A DNA stretch of 64,000 bases from Acidobacteriota bacterium (GCA_026708265.1 JAPOVI010000229.1:6847-70846), one strand, 5' to 3'. Counted from the stretch's first letter, positions 19,597 to 29,509 are shown. Notes: generated from the sequence alone by a model not told the origin. Numbers and translations are program-made.

Positions 19597-19687
19597 CATC
19601 GAGGGCGCGTCCGAAGGGCATCGAGGGAGGCGTCCGAGGGGCATCGAGGGACGCGTCCGAAGGACATCGAGGGACGCGTCCGAAGGA
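19597..19687. repeat. four tandem 22-23-bp units CATCGAGGGACGCGTCCGAAGGA, each centred on the palindrome GGACGCGTCC (or a variant)
   Basis: Units are at 19597-19618, 19619-19641, 19642-19664 and 19665-19687. Units 3 and 4 are identical. The array ends 10 nt from the 3' end of tRNA-Leu and lies upstream of the cyclophilin gene. Confidence 0.9.
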
Positions 19688-19697
19688 CGCGGGCGGA

Positions 19698-19784
19698 TGG
19701 TGCGGAAGGGGGGATTTGAACCCCCACGAGCCGAAGCCCACAAGCTCCTGAGGCTTGCGCGTCTGCCAGTTCCGCCACTTCCGC
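19698..19784 (-). tRNA. tRNA-Leu (anticodon CAG), type II with long variable arm, CCA encoded
   Basis: The reverse complement reads GCGGAAGTGGCGGAACTGGCAGACGCGCAAGCCTCAGGAGCTTGTGGGCTTCGGCTCGTGGGGGTTCAAATCCCCCCTTCCGCACCA. It has a 7-bp acceptor stem, anticodon loop CTCAGGA and T-loop GTTCAAATC. Confidence 0.92.
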
Positions 19785-19808
19785 AACCAGAGATATGGGG
19801 AACAGGGC

Positions 19809-19814
19809 AGTATA
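19809..19814 (-). promoter_or_regulatory. -10 box TATACT (minus strand), 24 nt upstream of the tRNA-Leu 5' end
   Basis: The reverse complement of AGTATA at 19809-19814. It is the only AT-rich hexamer upstream of the tRNA. Confidence 0.4.
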
Positions 19815-19874
19815 GCAGAGGCGCCGCCGGCGCTCCCCGCGCGCCCGCGGCGCGCGGACGGGCGCCGCGGGCCC

Positions 19875-19880
19875 TATACT
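19875..19880 (+). promoter_or_regulatory. -10-like box TATACT upstream of sppA
   Basis: An AT-rich hexamer 73 nt upstream of the GTG at 19953, which has its own AAGGAG Shine-Dalgarno sequence. Confidence 0.3.
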
Positions 19881-19952
19881 CGCGGGTGACGCCGGCGTCG
19901 GGGCGGCGCGCAGCGGAGCTGCCGCCCGTCATCAATTCCAAGGAGATCGAAC

Positions 19953-21683
19953 GTGGCACTGTCCCGCGGCGCACGCCTCATCCTGACGTTCGTCCTCGCG
20001 GCGGCCCTCGTGTCGATGCTCGGCCTGGCGGCGGCGCTCCTCGTCGCCGGGCGCGGCCCGACCGTCGAGCGCGACTCCGTGCTCTGGCTGCGGCTCCCGC
20101 CGGCCCTCGCGGAGCGCTCCCCGGACGACCTCGTCGGTCAGTTCTTCGGCGGCCGGGAGACCGTCGGCTCCATCGTCGCCGCGCTGCGGAAGGCCAAGGC
20201 GGACGAGCGCATCGCCGCGGTCGTGCTGGTGCCGTCGGTCCAGCCGGGCCTGTGGGGCAAGGTGCAGGAAATCCGCGACGCCGTGCTCGATTTCCGCGAG
20301 TCGGACAAGCCCATCGTCGCGTACCTGGAGTTCGGCCAGGGGCAGGCGTACTACCTGGCGACCGCCTGCGACGAGATATTCCTGACACCCTCGAGTCCGC
20401 TCAACCTCGTCGGCGTCGCCTCCTACGAGCTCTTCCTCCGCGGTGCCTTCGACAAGGTCGGCATCGAGGCCGACATGCTGGCGGCCGGGGACTACAAGAC
20501 CGCGTCCAACCTGTATACCGAGACCACGTTCACGCCGGAGCATCGCGAGATGGCGGCGTCCCTGAACCGCGACTTCTACGAGCAGCTCGTGGATGGGATC
20601 GCCGACGGTCGCGAGATGGATCCGGCGGTGGTCCGGGCGGTCATCGACGAGGGTCCGTTCCTGCCGCAGGAAGCGCTGCGCCGGGGGCTGATCGATGCCG
20701 TGGTCTACGAGGATCAACTTCTCGACGGGCTTCCGATCCCGCGCAACGCGGGGGTCGTCGACCTCGCCCGCTACCGCCAGGTCCGCCCGGCCGACGTCGG
20801 GATCGGCGGGGGGCCCTCCGTCGGCGTCGTCTTCACGGAAGGGACGATCAACTTCGGCCCGAGCGGGGCCGCGGTGACCGGCGGCCGAACCGTCGGCTCC
20901 GAAACCTGGGTCCGGGCCCTGCGCGAGGCACGGGACGACCCGGGCATCGCGGCGATCATCCTGCGGATCGACAGTCCCGGCGGCGTGGCCGTCGCCGCCG
21001 ACATCATGTGGCGCGAGGTGGTCCTGGCTCGCGCCCGGAAGCCGGTCATCGCCTCGATGTCGGACCTTGCCGCCTCGGGGGGCTACTACATCGCCGCGCC
21101 CGCGCACGCCATCGTCGCCCAGCCGGGCACGCTGACCGGATCGATCGGCGCCTTCGGGGGCAAGTTCGTGCTCGGCGGGGCGCTCGACCGGTTCGGCGTC
21201 AACGTGGAGGCGGTCAGCGACGGCGCCCAGGCGGATCTCTTCTCACCCGCGACGCCGTTCTCGGATGCCAGCCGACTCGCGCTCCAGCGCCAGCTCGACG
21301 CAACCTACGAGCGCTTTCTGCAGATCGTCGCGGAGGGACGCGGGATGACGCGCGACGAGGTCCACGCCGTGGCACAGGGGCGCGTGTGGACGGGACGGCA
21401 GGCGAAGGCCCGCGGCCTGGTGGACGAGCTGGGCGGCCTGCGGCGAGCGATCGAGCTGGCCAAGGAGCGGGCCGGCATCGATCCCGAACGCGAGGTGACG
21501 CTGGTGCCGTTCCCGCGCCGCCGCTCCGTCTGGGAGCAGTTGCAGCAATCGGTCTCGCTCGCGTCGGCCGCCGTCTGGCTCACGTCTCCCGCCGTGCGGG
21601 GTGCCGCCGCCCTGCTCGGCCCCGCGGAGCTTCTGGCTTCGGGCGCACCTTTGCTGCTGCTGCCCGGCCCCGCGACTCGGTAG
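19953..21683 (+). CDS. sppA: signal peptide peptidase SppA, 67K type (two S49 domains)
   Basis: GTG start after AAGGAG. N-terminal TM. S49 motifs in both halves ([12 protein letters not shown]...; [33 protein letters not shown]). Confidence 0.9.
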   Translation: MALSRGARLILTFVLAAALVSMLGLAAALLVAGRGPTVERDSVLWLRLPPALAERSPDDLVGQFFGGRETVGSIVAALRKAKADERIAAVVLVPSVQPGLWGKVQEIRDAVLDFRESDKPIVAYLEFGQGQAYYLATACDEIFLTPSSPLNLVGVASYELFLRGAFDKVGIEADMLAAGDYKTASNLYTETTFTPEHREMAASLNRDFYEQLVDGIADGREMDPAVVRAVIDEGPFLPQEALRRGLIDAVVYEDQLLDGLPIPRNAGVVDLARYRQVRPADVGIGGGPSVGVVFTEGTINFGPSGAAVTGGRTVGSETWVRALREARDDPGIAAIILRIDSPGGVAVAADIMWREVVLARARKPVIASMSDLAASGGYYIAAPAHAIVAQPGTLTGSIGAFGGKFVLGGALDRFGVNVEAVSDGAQADLFSPATPFSDASRLALQRQLDATYERFLQIVAEGRGMTRDEVHAVAQGRVWTGRQAKARGLVDELGGLRRAIELAKERAGIDPEREVTLVPFPRRRSVWEQLQQSVSLASAAVWLTSPAVRGAAALLGPAELLASGAPLLLLPGPATR

Positions 21684-21715
21684 CGCCGCCGCGCTCCCGG
21701 GCGATTCCGCCGGCA

Positions 21716-23638
21716 TCACGCCGAGAAGGCGCGCTCGAGAGCGGCGAGGTCGATGTCGATCGCGAGGCGTTCCTTGACGCGCGTCATGTAGGCGGTGAAG
21801 AACTGGCCCTGGCGGGTCGCCACGAGCTGGTCCCGCAGCCGGTCCCGCTGCGCTTCGAGATCCTCGGCCGAGGCGTCCTCGCGTTCGACGAGGTGCACGA
21901 CCGCTACGGTGCCCCCGGTCTCGACCGGCTCGCTCACCGCGCCCGGCTCCATCGCGAACGCAACCGCCTCCACGGCGGCGCTGACGCCGACCTCGGGCAG
22001 CGGCGCCCCGCGCCCGACCATGTCGCTCGACCCGACCGCGTACTCGGCCTCCTCGGCGGCCGCCTGGAAATCGTCGGCCTCGCCGAGCGCCCGTGCGGCT
22101 TCCGCCGCCCGCTCCTGCGCCAGCGTCAACGCCTTCTTGCGAATGACGTTCTCGCGCACGTCGTCGCGGACCTCGTCGAGCGGCGGAACGTACGGATCCT
22201 GCGTTGCGACCACGGTCACGAACGCGGGGCCGGACGGGGAGGGGATCGGCCCGGCCACTTCCCCCGGCTCCATCCGGAACGCCCGATCGGAGACCTCGCG
22301 GGCCAGCCCCAGGCCGAGGATCGGCTCGCCCGGCGCGGCGAATCCCGACTCCTGCACCTCGTAGCCGCGGGCTGCGGCCGCGCGGTCGAGGTCGTCCGGC
22401 GTCGACACCTCGGCCGCGATCGCCTGGGCCAGCGCGCGCCCGCGGGACGTCGCCCGCTCCTGCTTGAGGATGTTGGCGATCGACTCGCGCACGTCCTCGA
22501 ACGGCTCCGTGACCTCCTCTTCCGCCTCGGTCACGAGAATGACGTGATAGCCGAAGGCGCTCTGGACAGGGTCCGAGATCTCACCGGGAGCCATCGTGAA
22601 CGCCGCGGCCTCGAACTCGGGCACCATCCGTCCGCGCCCGAAGGTGCCCAGATCGCCGCCGCTCGCGGCCGTCCCCTCGTCCTCGGAGAACTCTCGCGCG
22701 AGCGAAGCGAAGTCCTCGCCGCCGCGCGCGCGGGCGGCGAGGGACGCGGCGCGGGCCGCTACCTCCGCCTCGTTTTTCTCGCCGATGCGGAGCAGGATGT
22801 GGCTCGCCCGCACCTGGCCGGGGGTTCGGTACTGCGACAGATTCGTGTCGTAGTAGGCCCGCAGCTCGTCCTCGCCCGGCGTGATGGCGTCGAAGATGGC
22901 CGCCTCGTCGACGAGCAGGAAGCGCAGCCGCCGCTTCTCCGGCACCTGATAGGCGAGCGAGTCCTCGTCGTAGAGCAGCTCGATGTCGGCGTCGGTGGCC
23001 TCGACCTCGTCGCGGTAGTCCTCCGCGCGGAAGGCGACCACGTCGACGCGCACGCGCTCGGTGCGGCGCCGGTGCTCGTCGACGACCTCGGCCTCCGACA
23101 CCGACACCCACCCGGTCACCGCGGATTGCAGCCGCTCGATCAGGATCGACTTGCGGACGTCCTCCTCGAACTGCGCGATGGAGATGGGCGGGCTCTGCCG
23201 CTGGAGCACCATGCGGTACTGCTGCTCCCCGATGAACCGCCCGTCCACCTGGAACGCGGGCAGCGTCAGGATGCGCTCGCGCACCTCGGCGTCGCTGACG
23301 CGCAGACCGAGGCGATCCGCCTCTGCGAGCGCGGCGTACTCGTCGATCAGCTGCTGCAGGATCTGCCGGTCGACGCCGAGCGAACGAAGCACCTCCTCGC
23401 TGATCTCGCCGCCCGTCTGGAGACGGTAGGCCTGCAGTTGCCGCAGGTACACCTGCCGGAACTGCTGCAGCGTGACCTCGTACGATCCCACCCGGGCGAG
23501 CACGTCCGGGGGCAGGCCGTCGTCCCCCATGGGGCTCATGCCGACGCCGGGCACCAGGGCGACGAAGGCGACCACGACGAGGCCGAGGCTCCACTTGAGC
23601 CAGGCCTTGTGCCGCCGCATCCTATCGAGCATGGTCAT
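21716..23638 (-). CDS. ppiD: periplasmic chaperone PpiD (SurA_N plus parvulin domain)
   Basis: N-terminal anchor MLDRMRRHKAWLKWSLGLVVVAFVAL. Parvulin region RASHILLR...FGYHVILV. 640 aa. Confidence 0.85.
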   Translation of the reverse strand: MTMLDRMRRHKAWLKWSLGLVVVAFVALVPGVGMSPMGDDGLPPDVLARVGSYEVTLQQFRQVYLRQLQAYRLQTGGEISEEVLRSLGVDRQILQQLIDEYAALAEADRLGLRVSDAEVRERILTLPAFQVDGRFIGEQQYRMVLQRQSPPISIAQFEEDVRKSILIERLQSAVTGWVSVSEAEVVDEHRRRTERVRVDVVAFRAEDYRDEVEATDADIELLYDEDSLAYQVPEKRRLRFLLVDEAAIFDAITPGEDELRAYYDTNLSQYRTPGQVRASHILLRIGEKNEAEVAARAASLAARARGGEDFASLAREFSEDEGTAASGGDLGTFGRGRMVPEFEAAAFTMAPGEISDPVQSAFGYHVILVTEAEEEVTEPFEDVRESIANILKQERATSRGRALAQAIAAEVSTPDDLDRAAAARGYEVQESGFAAPGEPILGLGLAREVSDRAFRMEPGEVAGPIPSPSGPAFVTVVATQDPYVPPLDEVRDDVRENVIRKKALTLAQERAAEAARALGEADDFQAAAEEAEYAVGSSDMVGRGAPLPEVGVSAAVEAVAFAMEPGAVSEPVETGGTVAVVHLVEREDASAEDLEAQRDRLRDQLVATRQGQFFTAYMTRVKERLAIDIDLAALERAFSA

Positions 23639-23666
23639 GATGAGCCGGGCCTTTCCCTGCGCGATC

Positions 23667-23756
23667 GCGCCCTCACGGGCGCGTCGGGCGTCTGCGCGCG
23701 CGACACTCTCGCATCGCGGGTTCTGCGGCGCGGACTCCGGGCGCAGTCCGACAGGG
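23667..23756 (+). repeat. dispersed intergenic hairpin element, copy C (core TTCTGCGGCGCGGACTCC 23721-23738)
   Basis: Shares CCCTCACGGGCGCGTCGGGCGTCTGCGCG and the core with copy B. It lies in the 268-nt ppiD/mreB divergent spacer, oriented toward mreB. Confidence 0.6.
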
Positions 23757-23853
23757 AGGGCATTCTACCGAGTGAAGTCCAGCGGTCGCAAGCCTTTGCA
23801 GCGCATCGGGCGCAGCGGCCGGCGGGCCGCTTTCCTCCGCTTGCGCGGATCCC

Positions 23854-23859
23854 TATAAT
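23854..23859 (+). promoter_or_regulatory. consensus -10 box TATAAT upstream of mreB
   Basis: A perfect TATAAT 47 nt upstream of the proposed mreB GTG. The -35 candidate is weak (TTTCCT at 17-nt spacing). Confidence 0.4.
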
Positions 23860-23906
23860 CGACGGGACTGGGCGGCCGGCGCCCGTTGGGGGGAAACTGG
23901 CGAATC

Positions 23907-24932
23907 GTGGGCCTGGGTGCGCTCTTCTCGGCCTTCTCGAGCGATCTCGCGATCGATCTCGGCACCGCGAACACTTGTGTGTACGCGCACGGGAAGGGCA
24001 TCGTCAGCAACGAGCCGTCGATCGTCGCCATGAACAAGGTGACCGGCGGGGTCGAGGCCGTCGGCCGGGAGGCGCGGGAGATGCTCGGTCGGACGCCGGG
24101 CAACATCGTCGCCATCCGGCCCATGCGCGATGGCGTCATCGGCGACTTCGAGGTCGCCGAGAGGATGCTGACCTACTTCATCAAGAAGGCGCACAGCCGC
24201 ACCGTGCTGGTCCGCCCCCGCATCATCATCGGCGTTCCGTCGCAGATCACGCAGGTCGAGAAGCGTGCCGTCAAGGACAGCGCCTACCGCGCGAAGGCGA
24301 GCGAGGTGCACCTGATCGAGGAAGCGATGGCGGCGGCGATCGGTGCCGGCATGTCGATCACGGAGCCGACGGCGAACATGATCGTCGACATCGGAGGCGG
24401 CACCACCGACATCGCCGTCATCTCGCTGGCGGGCATCGTCTACAGCCGCGCGGTGCGGGTGGCCGGCAACGCGATGGACGAGGCGATAAGTCAGTACATC
24501 AAGAAGACGTACAACCTCCTGATCGGAGAGCGGACGGCCGAGCTCATCAAGATGAAGGTCGGGTCCGCCTACGAGCTCGAAGACAAGCTGACCATCGACA
24601 TCAAGGGCCGCCACCTGATCGAGGGAGTGCCCAGGACCATCTCGGTTTCCGACGAGGAGATCCGGGAGGCTCTCAAGGAGACGGTCAACGTGATCGTCGA
24701 TGCCGTGCGCCTCGCCCTCGAGAGCACGCCGCCGGAGCTGTCGGCGGACCTCGTCGATCGGGGCATCGTGCTGACCGGCGGGGGGTCGATGCTGCGCAAT
24801 CTCGACAAGCGGCTGCGGGAAGAGACCGGTCTGCCGCTGGCGATGGCCGAGGAGCCGCTGACGTCGGTCGTCCTCGGCGCCGGGCGCATGCTGGCCGATT
24901 TTCCCTTGCTGCGGAAGATATCCATCGACTGA
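23907..24932 (+). CDS. mreB: rod shape-determining actin homologue MreB
   Basis: FSSDLAIDLGTANTCVY, the MRDGVIGDF region and DIGGGTTDIAV. I prefer the GTG at 23907 (GGGGGGAA about 10 nt upstream; N-terminal length then matches other MreB proteins). The track TTG at 23886 is the alternative. Confidence 0.92.
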   Translation: MGLGALFSAFSSDLAIDLGTANTCVYAHGKGIVSNEPSIVAMNKVTGGVEAVGREAREMLGRTPGNIVAIRPMRDGVIGDFEVAERMLTYFIKKAHSRTVLVRPRIIIGVPSQITQVEKRAVKDSAYRAKASEVHLIEEAMAAAIGAGMSITEPTANMIVDIGGGTTDIAVISLAGIVYSRAVRVAGNAMDEAISQYIKKTYNLLIGERTAELIKMKVGSAYELEDKLTIDIKGRHLIEGVPRTISVSDEEIREALKETVNVIVDAVRLALESTPPELSADLVDRGIVLTGGGSMLRNLDKRLREETGLPLAMAEEPLTSVVLGAGRMLADFPLLRKISID

Positions 24933-24984
24933 CCGCATTGCCAGACGCGGGGTCGGTTCCAGGGACCGGCGGGTTGCGAGAGAC

Positions 24985-25836
24985 GTGAGCCGTCAGCGCA
25001 TGCGTTTCGTCCTCCCGGCCGTCGTGACCGGACACATCCTGCTGATCTCGACGCAGGTCGGCGTACGATCCGATTCGACGCTGTTCGAGTCGGCCGTGTT
25101 CGGCACCCTGGCCAGCCTGCAGAGACTGGTCACCGGCGCCGGAGCCGCCGTTCGGGACACCTGGTCGGTCATCGCCGATCTGCGGGACGCCCAGCGGGAG
25201 AACCTCACCCTGCGTGCGGATCTCGACGCCCTCCGCGTTCGCCTGCTCGAGCAGCGGGCGCTCTCGTACCGCACGACGGAGCTCGAGGAGCTGCTCGAGC
25301 TCCGTCGGTCGCTGCGCTTGCGCACGGTGAGCGCCCGGGTCATCGGCACCGACTCCACCCCGTACTTCCGGACCCTCACCGTCGACCGGGGCGCGAGTGA
25401 CGAGGTGCAGCCGGATCACGCCGTGGTTTCGCCGTCGGGCGTGGTCGGTCGAATCGTGGGGCCGGCGAACCGCACCGCGGCAAGGGTGCAGTTGCTCATC
25501 GACCGCAACGCGGGGGCCGGCGCGTACATCGAGCGCACCGGCGCCGAGGGCATCGTGGCGGGTACCGAGGATTCGTCGGCGCTCCAGATGCGCTACGTGT
25601 CCATCGCGCGGCCGGTCGTGCCCGGCGACGTCGTGCTGACCACCGGCGACGACGGCATCTACCCGCGGGGACTGCTCATCGGGGAGGTGGAGAGAGTCGA
25701 GCCCGCAGTCGGCTTCTCGCAGACGGTTCGCATCGCGCCGGCCGTCGACTATTCGAAACTGCAGCACGTGCTCATAGTGGTCCCGACCCACGGCAGGGAA
25801 GCCGACACGAGCCTCATCTCCGGGGGCAGCCCGTGA
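24985..25836 (+). CDS. mreC: rod shape-determining protein MreC
   Basis: N-terminal TM, coiled-coil LRAENLTLRADLDALR-type segment, beta-barrel region VVSPSGVVGRIV...GDVVLTTG. Synteny after mreB. Confidence 0.88.
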   Translation: MSRQRMRFVLPAVVTGHILLISTQVGVRSDSTLFESAVFGTLASLQRLVTGAGAAVRDTWSVIADLRDAQRENLTLRADLDALRVRLLEQRALSYRTTELEELLELRRSLRLRTVSARVIGTDSTPYFRTLTVDRGASDEVQPDHAVVSPSGVVGRIVGPANRTAARVQLLIDRNAGAGAYIERTGAEGIVAGTEDSSALQMRYVSIARPVVPGDVVLTTGDDGIYPRGLLIGEVERVEPAVGFSQTVRIAPAVDYSKLQHVLIVVPTHGREADTSLISGGSP

Positions 25837-26354
25837 CGACAGCGAGGATCGCGGCCGTCGTCGCCGCGGCCCTGGCGGCCCAGACGACGATGCCGCGATT
25901 CGTGGAAGCGGCGGCGAACGTGGACCTTCCCCTCGTGGCCGTCGTGTTCGCCGGGCTGTCGGGAGGACCGCTCGTGGGGCTGTGGACGGGGACGGTCGGC
26001 GGGCTCGCCCAGGACTTGCTGTCGGGAGGCGTCCTCGGCGTCAACGGGCTCGCCAAGAGCCTCGTGGGAGCATGGGCGGGCTGGATGAGCCTTCAGTTCA
26101 TCACGTTCCAGGCCTGGCGTCGCGCGGTCATCGTCGGGGCCGCGACGCTGGCCAACGCCGCCTGCGTGCTCGGCGTCCATGCGCTCGTCAACCCGCAGGG
26201 TCCGTCGGCGCATCTGCGCAGCGTCGCGGTGCAGGGGGCGGCGAACGCCACGATCGGCCTTGTCGCGACGGCTATCGCCCGGGGGGCGCCGGCGATGCAG
26301 GGCCGGCGGCGGGGAGGCGGTGGAGGCCGCCGCTTCCACCGGCGAGCGCGCTGA
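25833..26354 (+). CDS. mreD: rod shape-determining protein MreD
   Basis: GTGA overlap with the mreC stop. Small polytopic membrane protein in the canonical mreBCD position. Confidence 0.75.
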   Translation: MTTARIAAVVAAALAAQTTMPRFVEAAANVDLPLVAVVFAGLSGGPLVGLWTGTVGGLAQDLLSGGVLGVNGLAKSLVGAWAGWMSLQFITFQAWRRAVIVGAATLANAACVLGVHALVNPQGPSAHLRSVAVQGAANATIGLVATAIARGAPAMQGRRRGGGGGRRFHRRAR

Positions 26355-28285
26355 TGGAGTGGCACCAGGAGGCGGCGGGCAGCGGCGCCATTGGACGGCT
26401 GCTGGTCGTGTTCCGCTGCGTCGTGGCCATCGCGTTCGCCATCCTGGCCGCCGCCTTCTGGCGCCTGCAGGTCGACCTTCACCCGCAGTACCTGGAACGC
26501 GCGGGGAGCAACCACCAGCGCGAGCGGCCCCTCCGGGCGCCGCGCGGGGTGGTCTTCGACCGCGACGGGCGCGTGATGGTGGAGGACCGGGACGCGCTGA
26601 ACCTCTCGCTGGTGCCGGCGAAGGCCCACGACGCGGAGCGGACGCTCGGCCTGCTCGCTCGGGTTACCGGCGTCGATCGGGCGGATCTCCGCGGTGCGCT
26701 CGCGCGGCGGCGGCGGGAGTCGCCGCACCGGCCGATCGTGCTGATCCGCGACGCCTCTCGCGCTCAGGTGGCGGCGGTCGTGGCGAGGCGCGCGGAATTG
26801 CCGGGTGTCGTCGTCGAGTCGACCCCCGTCCGGAGCTATCCGGGCGCGACGCTGGCCGCGCACTGGTTCGGCTACGTGGGCGAGGTCACGGCCGCCCAGC
26901 TCGCCGCAGCCGAGGGTACGGGGTTGCGGCGGGGTCACATCGTCGGTCAGAGCGGCGTGGAGCTGTCGTACAACCGCCTCCTGATGGGGGTCGACGGTAC
27001 GCGTCACGTCGTGGTGGACAGCACTGAGCGTGAGATCGGCACCATCGGCGAAGAGCCGCCGATCGCCGGCCGGCAGCTTCGTCTGACGATCGACTCCGAC
27101 GTACAGAAGGCGACCGAGGAGGCCTTTCACGACGCCGGGTTCGACGGCGCCGCGGTGCTGCTCGACCCGCAGACGGGAGAGGTGCTCGCGCTCGTCAGCC
27201 TGCCGTCCTACGACCCGAACGCGTTCGCGCGCGGCATCGACGGCGAGACGCTCGACGCCCTGAACCGCAACCGGCTGAGCCCGCTCCACAACCGCGCGCT
27301 GCAAGGGCGCTATCCGCCGGGATCGACCTTCAAGATGGCCGTCGCCGTGGCGGCTCTCGAGGAGGACGTGATCGGGCCGGATTTCACGGTGCGGTGCGAC
27401 GGCGGCGGACACCACTACGGGCGCTACTACCAGTGCCATGCCCGGCACGGCGTCGTGGACCTCGAGGCGGCGCTCGAACGGTCCTGCAACACGTACTTCT
27501 ACGAGCTCGGCGCCCGGCTCGATGTCGATCAGATCCACCGCTGGGCGACCGCGCTCGGCCTCGGCGAGCTGAGCGGGATCGACCTGCCTTTCGAGGCGCG
27601 AGGCCTCGTTCCCTCGCGTGCCTGGAAGCGCGAGCACCGCGCGGAGCCCTGGTACTCGGGCGAGACGATCTCCGTGGCCATCGGCCAGGGGCAGGTCGGC
27701 GTCACCCCGATGTCGCTCGCGGTCATGATGTCGACGCTGGTGAACGGCGGCCGGCGCATCACGCCACGGGTCCTCAGGGAGTTCCACGACGGCATCCGCT
27801 GGAGACCTGCGCCGGCGGGTCCCGCGGCGCGTGAGCTGCAGTTGCGGCCCGAGACCCTGTCCGTGGTGAATCGGGGGCTGTGGAGGGTGGTGAACGGCGC
27901 CGGCACCGGACGGCGCGGAAGGATCCCGGGGCGCGACGTCCTCGGCAAGACCGGTACGGCACAGGTCCTCTCGCGCGCCGGCCGCGCAACCGCCCTGGCC
28001 GCGGCCCCCGGGGGCGGGGCGAGCCCGCGCACTCTGCTGGACCACGGCTGGTTCGTCTTCGCGGCTCCCGCCGACGATCCGCAGATTGCCGGTGTGGTGT
28101 TCGCCGAGCACGCGGACCACGGATACCTGGCGGCGCCCATCGCCCGTCACGCGCTCGAGACGTTCTTCGCGAAGCGCGAGGGGCGGCAGCCGCCGCCCCT
28201 GCCGCCCGCCGCGCCTGCGACCCCGCTCCGACCGCAGCCGCGTTCACCGGACGCCGTCGACCCGCTCGTCGTCGGCGGCGACTGA
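26354..28285 (+). CDS. mrdA: penicillin-binding protein 2 (elongasome transpeptidase)
   Basis: The ATG at 26354 overlaps the mreD stop by 1 nt. The N-terminal anchor and PBP dimerisation domain are present. The transpeptidase motif STFK is in PPGSTFKMAV. The SxN and KTG motifs are CNTY... and GKTGTAQ. Confidence 0.92.
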   Translation: MEWHQEAAGSGAIGRLLVVFRCVVAIAFAILAAAFWRLQVDLHPQYLERAGSNHQRERPLRAPRGVVFDRDGRVMVEDRDALNLSLVPAKAHDAERTLGLLARVTGVDRADLRGALARRRRESPHRPIVLIRDASRAQVAAVVARRAELPGVVVESTPVRSYPGATLAAHWFGYVGEVTAAQLAAAEGTGLRRGHIVGQSGVELSYNRLLMGVDGTRHVVVDSTEREIGTIGEEPPIAGRQLRLTIDSDVQKATEEAFHDAGFDGAAVLLDPQTGEVLALVSLPSYDPNAFARGIDGETLDALNRNRLSPLHNRALQGRYPPGSTFKMAVAVAALEEDVIGPDFTVRCDGGGHHYGRYYQCHARHGVVDLEAALERSCNTYFYELGARLDVDQIHRWATALGLGELSGIDLPFEARGLVPSRAWKREHRAEPWYSGETISVAIGQGQVGVTPMSLAVMMSTLVNGGRRITPRVLREFHDGIRWRPAPAGPAARELQLRPETLSVVNRGLWRVVNGAGTGRRGRIPGRDVLGKTGTAQVLSRAGRATALAAAPGGGASPRTLLDHGWFVFAAPADDPQIAGVVFAEHADHGYLAAPIARHALETFFAKREGRQPPPLPPAAPATPLRPQPRSPDAVDPLVVGGD

Positions 28286-28296
28286 GGCGGGCATCC

Positions 28297-29397
28297 ATGC
28301 TGGACCGTCGCCACCTCCACACCGTCGACTGGGGGCTCGTGGCCGCCGTCGCCGTGCTCGCGGGCTTCGGTCTCGCCATGATCTACAGCGCGACCTACGA
28401 TCCGACCTCCGGCCGCGTCGGTTCGGAGTTCGGGCGCCAGGTGGCGGCGCTCGCCATCGGACTCGCGGCGGGCGCCGTCTGCCTCGCGATCGACTACCGG
28501 ACACTCGCCGACCAGTGGCGGTTCGCCCTCGGCGCGCTGAGCGTGCTGCTGGCCTACACGCTGCTGTTCGGCGACGAGGTGGGAGGCGGACGCCGCTGGA
28601 TCGACCTCGGCCCCACCAACGTCCAGCCCTCCGAGTTCGCCCGCCCGGCGGTAGCCCTGGCCCTCGCCGCCCTGTACACGCGGAGCCCCGGGTGGCCGCG
28701 GCCGACGAGCGACTGGTTCCTCGGCGGAGCGCTCGTGGCCGTGCCGTTCCTGCTCATCGCCTGGGAACCGGATCTGGGCACGGCCGTGACGCTCCTGCCG
28801 GTGTACGTGGTCGTCATGGTCTTCGCCGGCCTGCGCCTGCGCACCCTGGCCGCCTGCGCCGTCGTCGGACTGCTGCTCGCGCCGGTGGTCTGGGCGTACG
28901 GGCTCGAGGACTATCAGCGATCGCGGCTCGTCACCTTCCTGGTGCCGGAGAGCGATCCTCTCGAAGCGGGCTACCAGCAGATCCAGGCACGGATCACGGT
29001 CGGGGCGGGAGGGCTGACCGGCCGGGGCTTCCTGCAGGGAACCCAGAATCGGTACGATTTCCTGCCCGCGGCCCACAACGACTTCATCTTCTCGGTGCTG
29101 GCCGAGGAACAGGGCTTCCTGGGCGTCGTGGTCACGCTGGGGCTGTACCTGTTCGTCATCTTCCGATCCCTGCATGCCGCCCGCGTCGCGCGGGATCGGA
29201 CCGGCACCTACCTCGTCGTCGGCATCATGGCGGGGTTCTCGTTCCAGGTGTTCTACAACGTCGCGATGTCGGCCGGCCTGGCCCCCGTCAAGGGGCTGAC
29301 GCTGCCGCTGTTGAGCTACGGCGGTTCGTCGGTCGTCGCGACACTGATGGGATTCGGGCTCGTCCTCAACGTCGGGATGCGCCGATTCACGAACTAG
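28297..29397 (+). CDS. rodA: SEDS glycosyltransferase RodA
   Basis: ATG at 28297. Ten TM segments. Conserved NDFIFSVLAEEQGF and the PLLSYGGSS C-terminal motif. Confidence 0.92.
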   Translation: MLDRRHLHTVDWGLVAAVAVLAGFGLAMIYSATYDPTSGRVGSEFGRQVAALAIGLAAGAVCLAIDYRTLADQWRFALGALSVLLAYTLLFGDEVGGGRRWIDLGPTNVQPSEFARPAVALALAALYTRSPGWPRPTSDWFLGGALVAVPFLLIAWEPDLGTAVTLLPVYVVVMVFAGLRLRTLAACAVVGLLLAPVVWAYGLEDYQRSRLVTFLVPESDPLEAGYQQIQARITVGAGGLTGRGFLQGTQNRYDFLPAAHNDFIFSVLAEEQGFLGVVVTLGLYLFVIFRSLHAARVARDRTGTYLVVGIMAGFSFQVFYNVAMSAGLAPVKGLTLPLLSYGGSSVVATLMGFGLVLNVGMRRFTN

Positions 29398-29422
29398 ATG
29401 GTCCGCAGGCCCTCACGTCGAA

Positions 29423-29439
29423 CCCCGCGCAGCGCGGGG
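29423..29439 (+). terminator. short GC hairpin downstream of rodA
   Basis: CCCCGCG-CAG-CGCGGGG, a 7-bp stem with a 3-nt loop. No U-tract. Confidence 0.25.
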
Positions 29440-29475
29440 CACTCGGGGCCGCCCCGCACCGGGGGCGCCGGTTCC

Positions 29476-29509
29476 GTGCGCCGCGTCGCGGCCGCCGGAC
29501 GCGGCGCAC
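29476..29509 (+). promoter_or_regulatory. strong hairpin in the rng 5' region
   Basis: GTGCGCCGCGTC (29476-29487) and GACGCGGCGCAC (29498-29509) form a perfect 12-bp stem with a 10-nt loop. It is flanked by direct repeats GCACCGGGGGCG. Confidence 0.4.

Noticed and set aside
19597-19687. Whether the tandem repeats here, at 46234-46368 and at 16591-16650 could be CRISPR arrays
   Set aside because: The units are directly contiguous with no unique spacers. Unit lengths are 15-27 bp. No cas genes are present in the window.
19543-19952. An integrated mobile element at the tRNA-Leu 3' end
   Set aside because: No integrase, excisionase or duplicated tRNA 3' segment is visible. The genes on both sides (cyclophilin, sppA) are housekeeping genes with normal high G+C.
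19418-24988. 1856-aa ORF on the plus strand, the longest in this part of the track
   Set aside because: The translation is Arg/Gly/Pro/Ala-rich with no recognisable motifs. It runs across tRNA-Leu, out of frame through sppA and mreB, and antisense to ppiD, all of which have strong family signatures. This is a typical high-GC shadow ORF.
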